Positions 54,058 to 64,000 of a stretch of 64,000 bases of DNA are shown piece after piece. The translations under genes and the position numbers were made by a program. This stretch comes from Octopus vulgaris (Eukaryota). Each line of letters begins with the position of its first letter. Position 1 is the stretch's first letter. The notes below the pieces were generated by a model that was not told the origin of the DNA, ran no database searches, and worked only from the letters and a program-made list of their open reading frames with translations. The DNA is taken from positions 27,590,001-27,654,000 of the forward strand of contig OX597836.1 in the NCBI GenBank assembly GCA_951406725.2, given 5' to 3'.

Positions 54058-55146
54058 CCGCTGTCGGCGCCAATGTCGACGTTGCCGCTGCCGCCCCCGC
54101 CTGCCCCGCCGCCGTCGCCCTCCCCTCCGTCGCCGCCGCCGCCACCGCCTCCACAGCCGTCGTCGGCATCGGCGGCGGCAGCAGCATCATCATCATCAAC
54201 AATAACAACAACAACAGCGGCAACAGCGACAGCAACAATAACAGCAGCAACACCGACGTTAGCGCCGTCGTCGTCGGCAAGAGCCGACGCTTCCCCCACC
54301 GCCATCACCGTCACCGCCACCACCATCACCACAACGTCCCCGACAACAACAACGTCAACAACTGCGCTGACCTCGGCCACGCCGTCCCAACCACGGCCAC
54401 CACCACTACCACCGCCACCGCCACCGCCGCCGTCCTTACCGTCGCCTCCGCCGCCACCGTCGCTGACGCCATCTCTGCCCACGTCACCGTCTTCTCCACC
54501 GTCACAAACATCGTCACAAACACAGCCGTCACCTCCACCGCCACCGCCAACGAAAACAACAACACTATCAACATCATCATCGCTATCATCATCGTCGCCG
54601 TCACCTGCAGTTGCCGCCATCGCCGCCGCCGCCGCTGCCGTGTCGACCCCCACGACAACAGTTCGAACCGCGCGGCCGGAGCAAGGCGAGAAAGGAAATC
54701 GGCAGGAGATACAAAACGCGGAGTATTTGGCTCTGAAGGAACAGTACCTAGCCCGACGAAGTCGGAAACTCCAGTCACAACAACATGCCAGTAAACAAGA
54801 ACAATTCGATAAACAACGTGAGAAATCCGTCGGAACTCAACTGGAAGGTGCAGACGATACGTTGCTTAAGAGCAAGCAGGCGGGTTTGGATGCCGGCATT
54901 TTGGAGGGAGAATCAAAATCAGAGGTGAAAACTGAAAGAAATACTAGTGTAGGGTCACAAGAAGAAGGTAATGAGGGGTCAGAGGTAAAGACAGATGCAG
55001 ACGATGGATGTTCGTTAAGTCCATGCGACATAGACGATGGCCCCCTTCTGTTTATGGATAATAGCTTCCCCCCGGATATATCGTCCCTCAGTTATGTCTA
55101 CAGTGGTGAAGATAAATACGAGAGAATGGTGTTTCAACGACCGACT
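53959..55146 (+). CDS. Probable coding exon of a calpain-family protease: low-complexity N-terminus and start of the CysPc domain
   Basis: Long GC-rich ORF whose non-repetitive part ends LLFMDNSFPPDISSLSYVYSGEDKYERMVFQRPT, resembling the calpain motif LFxDxxFPxxxxSL...IxWxRP. A phase-0 GTAAGT donor follows at 55147. The 5' boundary is uncertain. Confidence 0.7.
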
Positions 55147-55173
55147 GTAAGTACTGAGGCTTCTATCTATCTG

Positions 55174-55257
<84 letters not shown>

Positions 55258-55378
55258 CCTTCTAAGTATCTATCTATGTTTTATTTACCAATTTAACTAT
55301 TTGTCTGTCAAGTCTGTATGTCTGTATTATGTGTTTATCTACTTGCCTACATATCTACCTATCTACTTATTTAATCTA

Positions 55379-55435
<57 letters not shown>

Positions 55436-55711
55436 CCTAGCTACATTCTAACTGTGTATCTATCTATCTACCTAGCTACATTCTAACTATGTATCTAACT
55501 TTCGACCTATTGATCTCGCAGTTTGTCTACACACACCCACACACAGACACACACACACATGCACACCCATATACATACACACACACACATAAACTGCACC
55601 CACCCACACTTTTATCTACCCTCTCTGCATGTATATACACCCTTATGTTGGTACCAACTGCATACCCGACCATATATATGTGACATAACACATATCCTAA
55701 TCAATACGTGT

Positions 55712-55781
<70 letters not shown>

Positions 55782-56415
55782 ATGTCTGTCTGTCTGTCCG
55801 CCTGTCTGTCTGTCTGTCTGTCTGTCAGTCTGTCTGTCTATCTATCTGTCTTTCTGTCTGTCTGTTTGTTTATCTCTATGTCTATCTATCTATCTTTCTA
55901 CCGATCTATCTATATATATTTTTCTATTGGTCTATCTCTTCCCCTTTCACTAAAACACGCGCACATCCATGCATACATATGTATGTATGTTTGTATGTAT
56001 GTATGTATGTATGTATTTATGTATTTATGTATGTATGCAAGTATATAACAAACTAGCTACTAGTTAATTTATCTGTCTAATATACCAAGTATTTGTATTC
56101 CTCTTACTCATAATAGTCACAGCAGAACATTTAAGAGCCTATCTACTAATCTATGCATACAAACTTATATACATATATACATACATACATACATATATAC
56201 ATATATATACATACATACATACATATATACATACATACATAAATACATACATACATAAAAACATACATACATATATATAATATATATAGGCGCAGGAGTG
56301 GCTGTGTGGTAAGTAACTTGCTTACCAACCACATGGTTCCGGGTTCAGTCCCACTGCGTGGAACCTGGACATGAATCCTAAATCTAAATATAATTTATAT
56401 TTTATCTCTAATTTA

Positions 56416-56452
<37 letters not shown>

Positions 56453-57017
56453 TAATCCAAACAGAAAACAAAAAAGACAACAACGCAAGGAGGTGGAACA
56501 ATTAAAGTATTATTAGGCGCTCAGGAAAAAAGGGAAATATATATATATATATATATGTTGGTGTGTTTGCGTCCTCGTAACTTCGCGGTTCGGCAGAAAC
56601 GACCGATAAAATAAGTGATAGGCTTACAAAGAATAAGTCCTGCGGTCGATTTCTTCGACTAAAGGCGGCGCTCTAGCATGGCAGCAGTCAAATGACTGAA
56701 ACAAACAAAAGAGTAAAAGAGAAAAAAAAGAGTATGTTTGTTTGTGTATGTGTCTATATATTCATGCACATGTGATTCGACGGAGCTATAGGGTGATACA
56801 CAAGGGCTCAACTATGAGTGCGTTGTATCCTATATCAGAAACAGCTGTAAAGTAATGAAATTCGTGACATAATTTCTTATTCCCCTGTCATTTTAATTTC
56901 CTATTACTGCTCTGTAATCCAAATGACGCTTTGTTCTAAAGCATATGTATATAGTGTTCTAACACTAGGTTATGAAAATCGCTATGCCCAAGGGAAATAA
57001 TAATAATAATAATAATG

Positions 57018-57073
<56 letters not shown>

Positions 57074-57099
57074 TACACACATATAATATGTGTATATAT

Positions 57100-57249
57100 A
57101 TTTCTTTACTACCCACAAGGGGCTAAACACAGAGGGAACAAACAAGGACAGACACACGGATTAAGTCGATTATATCGACCCCAGTGCGTAACTGGTACTT
57201 AATTTATCGACCCCGAAAGGATGAAAAGCAAAGTCGACCTCGGCGGAAT
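57100..57249 (-). mobile_element. SINE family A, 5'-truncated
   Basis: Tail and core only. Confidence 0.8.
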
Positions 57250-57259
57250 GTAATATGTG

Positions 57260-57296
<37 letters not shown>

Positions 57297-57968
57297 TTGT
57301 AAATATGTATATGTATATATGTATGTATGTATATTCGGTTGATATACATAATATGAAAGCTAGCGGAGTGAATATAGTTTTGACAACGTATGGCAAAATA
57401 CGGTATAAATATAATAATTCTAAGTTAACTTTTTATGAAATTTCTTGGCGCTTATAGAAAGTGAACAAATGAAAAGAAAAATATTTATTACCGTAAAATA
57501 AGATGAAATAAAAAACTTACTTCTCATTTTTAATATTTATCATAAATATACATCATTATGCATATATTGTTTTTCCCCTCCAAATTTATAAACGTATGTA
57601 TTATTATGCGTATATATATTTTTTCCTACAGTTGTAAATGTGATTGCAGTTCTACTTCGTCGAAAAAAAAAGTATTTATGCGAAAAAGAGAAAAAAGAGC
57701 AAAAAAAAAAAAAAATTTCTCTTCAGAAAGTTGTAAGATAGTAATTCGCAACATCTTATGTTAACTCTCGATGTATTTCTGTTTTTTGTTTTTTGTTTGT
57801 TTGTTTTCCTGTTCTCTCTGTACGTTGGTAAGCATTACAAGAGAATCAACAACCAACGAACCAACCAACATTTAGATTGGTTATCATATACATACATACG
57901 TGCATACATACATACATACATACATACATACATACATACATACATACATACATACATACATACATACA

Positions 57969-58002
<34 letters not shown>

Positions 58003-58092
58003 CATACATACATATATACATACATATATACATACATATATACATACATACGTATATACATACATACAAACATATATACATACATACATACA

Positions 58093-58126
<34 letters not shown>

Positions 58127-58307
58127 CATACATACATATATACATGCATACATACATGCATATATACATACATACATACATATATACATACATATATACA
58201 TACATATATACATACATACATATATACATACATACATACATACATATATACATACATACATACATACATACATACATAAATACATACAATAACGGTGCCA
58301 ATTAAAG

Positions 58308-58349
<42 letters not shown>

Positions 58350-58732
58350 TAATAAATAAATAAAACATATGCATATATACATACATATATGTACGTACCT
58401 ACTTCTACATGTATATATACATGCATATATGGGTACAGGACACGAAAAAGAAAAAACGTCGAACACAATGAGAAACGAAAACATAAACGCAAAACCAAGG
58501 AAATGGACATTTTTCTTAAACAACGAAAAAATAGAGTACAGGACATACAATACAAGGAAAGTTCCCTTCTTCAGTCGCCTTTGTTTCATCTACTCCATGT
58601 TTCGAAGATCAAGGCGATACATGACTTTAATGAAACATTCCTTCCCGCGAAAAGCAAATTAAATAAAATTTGAGATTTTTTTGCGGAGAGTATAAATGGT
58701 AACAAAAACAGGACAGTAACAACAGTACAAAA

Positions 58733-58885
58733 TATAATCAGTATATATGTATATATAGAGAGGGAGAGAGAGAGACAGACAGACAGACACACACACAGAG
58801 AGAAAGAGATAAATATATATATATGTTTGTGTACGTATACATATATATATATGTATACATAAATATATATATATATATATATGTA

Positions 58886-58917
<32 letters not shown>

Positions 58918-59211
58918 CATATATATATACATACATACATACATATATACATATATACATGCATATATATATATACATAAAATCATATATATATATATAT
59001 ACATATATATACATATATGTATGTATGTATGTGTGTATGTATGTATGTATGTATGTATGTATAATATAATCAGTATATATGTATATATAGAGAGGGAGAG
59101 AGAGAGAGAGACAGACAGACACACACACACAGAGAAAGAGATAAATATATATATATGTTTGTGTACGTATACATATATATATATATGTATACATAAATAT
59201 ATATATATATA

Positions 59212-59267
<56 letters not shown>

Positions 59268-59323
59268 TATATACATACATACATACATATATACATATAT
59301 ACATGCATATATATATACATAAA

Positions 59324-59330
<7 letters not shown>
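58733..59330. repeat. ~330-bp higher-order duplication of compound microsatellite
   Basis: ATATAATCAGTATATATG...GTTTGTGTACGTATAC...AAAATCATAT occurs twice. Confidence 0.8.
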
Positions 59331-59374
<44 letters not shown>

Positions 59375-59764
59375 GTATGTATAGACTTAACTGTCACTCC
59401 GACGGTTACAATAGCGAGTGCCCCAATTGACCGAATCAATGGATGGGTCCGCTCATGAAATTAACATGCAAGTGGTTGAGCACACCACAGGGAAATGTGT
59501 CCCCTCCACCGCCCAGAGAGATACAGCGTGACTCTCAGAATGTGACAACGTTTGACCCTTGTGAATTACAAGTACAAACTATCTTTGTCAGCTGAGGGGA
59601 CTGGAGCAACATGAAATAAAGTGTCTTGCTGAAGGACACTTCAGCGAGCCGCTAGGAATCGAACTCATAAATTTGAGTCGAAAATCCTAAGCATTAGGAC
59701 ACGCACTTTCACACACACATGTATGCATATGCATGTTTGTATATATATACATATATATATATAT

Positions 59765-59986
59765 ATTTCTTTACTACCCACAAGGGGCCAAACACAGAGG
59801 GGGCAAACAAAGGGATTAAGTCGATTACATCGACCCCAGTACGTAACTGGTACTTAATTTATCGACCCCGAAAGGATGAAAGGCAAAGTCGACCTCGACG
59901 GAATTTGAACTCGGAACGTAACCACAGACGAAATACGTCTACGCATTTCGCCCGGCATGCTAACGTTTCTGCCAGCTCGCCGCCTT
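59765..59986 (-). mobile_element. SINE family A
   Basis: Consensus-like copy. Confidence 0.85.
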
Positions 59987-60001
59987 CTTATATATACACA
60001 T

Positions 60002-60113
<112 letters not shown>

Positions 60114-60221
60114 AACGCGCGTGTATAATTTATATAGGTGTAGGCGTGGATGTGTGGTAAGAAGCATGCTTCCTACTACATGTGAGTGGATTTGGTAGAC
60201 AGAAATTGAAAAAAGCCTGTC

Positions 60222-60289
<68 letters not shown>

Positions 60290-60687
60290 GTATGAATGTA
60301 TGTATGTGTGTGTGTTTATTTGTGTGTTTGTGTTTGTCCCCCCACCACCACCACCATTGCTTGACAACCGATGTTGGTGTGTTTACGTCGGCAAAAGAAC
60401 CCGATAGGATAAGTACCAGGCTTACAAAGAATAAGTCTCCTGGGGTCGATTCGTTCGACAAAAGGTGGTGCTCCAGCATGGCCGCAGTCAAATGAATGAA
60501 TGAAGCGAATAAAATAATGAAAAAAATAGTATATACACTCACACACATATACACATACACCAAGAGAGTGGACGGTGTGTATATAGATTTATTTACAAAT
60601 CTGTAATTTCTCGCCCCCTCATACCTGGCACGCACATATATAGCATATGAATGTGTGTGTGTCTATGTATTTGTGTATGTGTGTGTA

Positions 60688-60726
<39 letters not shown>

Positions 60727-60874
60727 TAGGTTTTTAACGTTATTTCGCTCTAAACATGTGTAAAACAATAAATTAATTAACGCATGCGCACATGTTTATT
60801 TCTGTTGTGTGTTTCTGTAGAAATAAATTGGACAAAAATAAAAAAAAAACGGTGTCGTAGCGTTTTTATGGATG

Positions 60875-60926
<52 letters not shown>

Positions 60927-60931
60927 TGATG

Positions 60932-61135
60932 ATTTCAAATTTTGTCACAGGGGCAGCAAATTTGGGGGAAGGGGATGAGTCGAAAACATCGACCCAGTGT
61001 TTAACTGGTACTTATTTCATCGACCCCGAAAGGAAAAGTGGACTTTGGCGGAATTTGAACTCGGAACGTAAAGACAAACGAAACACCGTTAAGCTCTTTG
61101 CACGGCGTGCTAATGATTCAGCCAGCTCGTCGCCT
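60932..61135 (-). mobile_element. SINE family A variant; sister copy at 61820-62024
   Basis: Both copies share the deletion GACCCCGAAAGGAAAAGTGGACT. Confidence 0.8.
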
Positions 61136-61140
61136 AATAG

Positions 61141-61200
<60 letters not shown>

Positions 61201-61219
61201 TTAATAATAATAATAATAA

Positions 61220-61778
61220 ATGCACTGATGCAGTACCAAGCAGTGGCTTTCATGACTTCTGATCTTAACTGATTGGAAGTGTTATCATGTACAATTGTTT
61301 TGTCTTGGTATAAAAGATGGGCTACAGCATATATTCTGCTCAATACCACAGATTTGCTTGTCAGTTGTTTGGCCTTAACCAGTTGAGCATGTCCCTTAGT
61401 GGCTGACGATATGTGCATCTCTGATCACGAGCAGAAGTAGTGGGGGAGCATCATAGCCATGTGTTGAGAGGGATTCTTTGGGGTTTGAATAATTCACCTC
61501 TGGAAACATGGGTGGTTCTTTCAACATCCTTAAACAACCCTTATTCAGGGACCTTTTGAGCGGGATGGGCTACTCAACCTCTAGAAAGTTCTAACTGGGC
61601 CCCACTTGCAAGGTCATGTGCTGTTTATCTTGATATGAGATCACCATGTTGCGCACATATGGTTGTGATGCATGTGCCTGGTGTACCCTTATCAGACGGG
61701 TAGTCATGATGGGTATATTGGGCTTCGTATATTTTACCCCAGTGTCACTTTGATGGCGTGAACTGCTCTCTCACTCAA
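61220..61778. mobile_element. Non-coding ~560-bp insertion embedded in (TAA)n, probably a TAA-targeting non-autonomous retroelement
   Basis: Higher-GC block with sharp (TAA)n borders on both sides and no ORF. Confidence 0.5.
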
Positions 61779-62034
61779 TAATAATAATAATAATAATGAT
61801 GATGATGATGATGATGATGGTTTCAAATTTTGTCACAAGGGCAGCAAATTTGGGGGAAGGGGATGAGTCGAAGACATCGACCCAGTGTTTAACTGGTACT
61901 TATTTCATCGACCCCGAAAGGAAAAGTGGACTTCGGCGGAATTTGAACTCGGAACGTAAAGACAAACGAAACACCATTAAGCACTTTGCACGGCGTGCTA
62001 ATGATTCAGTCAGCTCGTCGCCTTATAGATGATG

Positions 62035-62113
<79 letters not shown>

Positions 62114-62383
62114 TGATTTCAAATTTTGGAACAAAGCCAGAAAATAGTTCACCAATGTATTGAAGCAGAAGACCCTCTACAAAAATTCTGAATATAATGA
62201 CAGCAATGTCAGCAGTGGGACCTTAAATGCTATTTGGGTCTTTACAGCAAGCCAGTGTTGAAATGTTGTATGAGGCGGTGTAGACCTTTATATAGTTGAA
62301 ATTTACCGAAAAACAAAAGATGAAGACACGTGTAGAAGCAACAAACAGGTGTAATGTTTTAACGCTCGGGAAGGTGAGAAAGT

Positions 62384-62419
62384 CTTTTACGTTTCGAGCC
62401 TACGCTCTTCAACGGAAAG
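62384..62419 (-). ncRNA. Minimal hammerhead motif (CCGUUGA core variant) within a Penelope-like terminal fragment (about 62290-62460)
   Basis: CUUU-CCGUUGA-A-GAGC-GUAG-GCUC-GAAA-C-GUA-AAAG. Confidence 0.55.
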
Positions 62420-62543
62420 GAACACGATGAAATAAACAGAGAGAGAATATAAAAGCTTTTGGAGCTGGCGGTCAATCATAGCCTTTATTTACTCAGAGGT
62501 AGAATATATAAACAAGTGTAGAACCGCTATATCCTCAGAGATA

Positions 62544-62748
62544 AAGGCGGGCGAAATGCTTAGCGGTATTTCGTCTGTCGTTACGTTCTGAGTTCAAATT
62601 CCGCCGAGATCGCCTTTGCCTTTCATTCTTTCGGGGTCGATAAATTAAGTACCAGTTACCCACTGGGGTCGATGTAATCGACTTAATCCCTTTGTCTGTC
62701 CTTGTTTGTCTCCTCTATGTTTAGCCCCTTGTGGGTAGTAAAGAAATA
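62544..62748 (+). mobile_element. SINE family A with 16-bp TSD
   Basis: TATATCCTCAG(A/G)GATA at 62528-62543 and 62749-62764. Confidence 0.85.
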
Positions 62749-62936
62749 TATATCCTCAGGGATATAATATATCCTAATATACTCAGAAACAGGGTATACA
62801 AATTAGTATAGAACCCTTATAGACTCAAAGATAGAACATAGAAATTAGTGTAAAGCAATTACAAGCTCGGAACCAGTGTAGCGCTTTTGCATACACAAGG
62901 ACAGAGTATATACACCAGTGTACAGTTTTTATAACC

Positions 62937-63765
62937 CAGCGCTGGATTAAAAATTAAGCAGAATAAGCACTTCTTTGGGCATCGACAGGAGAGGGGCACT
63001 ACAGAAATGGTAAGTGGTTTACGGCACAAAAGAAATCAGTTTAAACTGATTAAAATGATATTCGAAGTTGTTTATATGATTGGAAATATATTTTCGAAGA
63101 GTTCATGGTATTATAACTCTTTTACTCTCTTTTACTTGTTTCAGTCATTTGACTGCGGCCATGCTGGAGCACCGCCTTTAGTCGAGCAAATCGACCCCGG
63201 GACTTATTCTTTGTAAGCCCAGTACTTATTCTATCGGTCCATTTTGCTGAACCGCTAAGTGACGGGGACGTAAACACACCAGCATCGGTTGTCAAGCAAT
63301 GCTAGGGGGACAAACACATACACACACACTTATATATATATATACATATATACGACAGGCTTCTTTCAGTTTCCGTCTACCAAATCCACTCACAAGGCAT
63401 TGGTCGGCCCGGGGCTATAGCAGAAGACACTTGCCCAAGATGCCACGCAGTGGGACTGAACCCGGAACCATGTGGTTGGTTAGCAAGCTACTTACCACAC
63501 AGCCACTCCTGAGGATCGTATCAAAGAATTTGCAATCAAAAAAGTAGGAGAACATTTTTCAGACATAAATAAAGCGGAAGTATATAAAAATGAAAATTAT
63601 TTTCCATTCTATTGTTAGTTTAGTTTCATCTTGAAAAGTATTTTGGCAAAATAAACCTTAAAATATTTTATGGTTTATTATTGTTTATATTTTGAATTAC
63701 GTATATATGGGGACACCAAAATCTTTTAAGTGTTCAGGGCCTCTATGGGTCTTAATCCGGCCCTG
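62937..63765. mobile_element. Possible hAT-like MITE containing a nested SINE B
   Basis: CAGCGCTGGATTAA at the left and TTAATCCGGCCCTG at the right. The TSD is not clean. Confidence 0.4.
63115..63510 (-). mobile_element. SINE family B, full length
   Basis: Both halves are present. Confidence 0.85.
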
Positions 63766-63819
63766 TATAAACTAGTGAAAATCCCTTTCCTGTGATAACG
63801 TATAAAGCACTGCTGTAAA

Positions 63820-63935
63820 CAGCGGAAGAGAGCTAGAACGTTAGAACTTCGTGCGCATGCGCAAAAGAGTTCAAGGTTAATCTTTATCAAGCGGCTTCAT
63901 TCTGCATGCTTTAGCTTCGTTACTATGACAACAGT
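63820..63935. promoter_or_regulatory. Candidate promoter: ETS-like GCGGAAG, NRF1/Ewg site and X-box
   Basis: Perfect TGCGCATGCGCA at 63852-63863 and GTTACTATGACAAC at 63919-63932, in non-repetitive DNA. Confidence 0.45.
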
Positions 63936-64000
63936 CCGGATATTTATTGATGAGACCTCGTATATAAATCACTATAGAGCTCATATATGCGTATAAATCA

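Noticed and set aside
55147-55296. C-terminal part of the 445-aa ORF
   Set aside because: Read-through into intronic (TATC)n after the GTAAGT donor.

Overview
Eukaryotic, AT-rich, repeat-saturated DNA, most likely an octopus (coleoid cephalopod) genome. That assignment is inferred from the microsatellite load and the tRNA-SINE families. Nearly all ORFs in the supplied track are microsatellite translations. One probable host coding exon is present (53959-55146, +): a long S/T/P/A low-complexity N-terminus running into the start of a calpain-type catalytic domain, ending at a GTAAGT donor. The rest is a layered transposon record: four or five tRNA-derived SINE families, R4/Dong-type RLE LINE ends, an L1/Tx1 RT remnant, a CR1/L2-type 3' end, a fragmented Helitron, Tc1/mariner, pogo and hAT remnants, and a Penelope GIY-YIG remnant. 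The most interesting signal is a dispersed set of minimal type I hammerhead ribozyme motifs carried by short Penelope-like terminal fragments, which often form fold-back insertions next to microsatellites. It includes a TSD-flanked element joining a tRNA-derived Pol III head to a hammerhead tail (13349-13885; candidate Penelope-mobilised SINE) and a co-oriented cluster of three hammerheads at 8826-9364. All calls were made by eye without database searches, and element boundaries are approximate.
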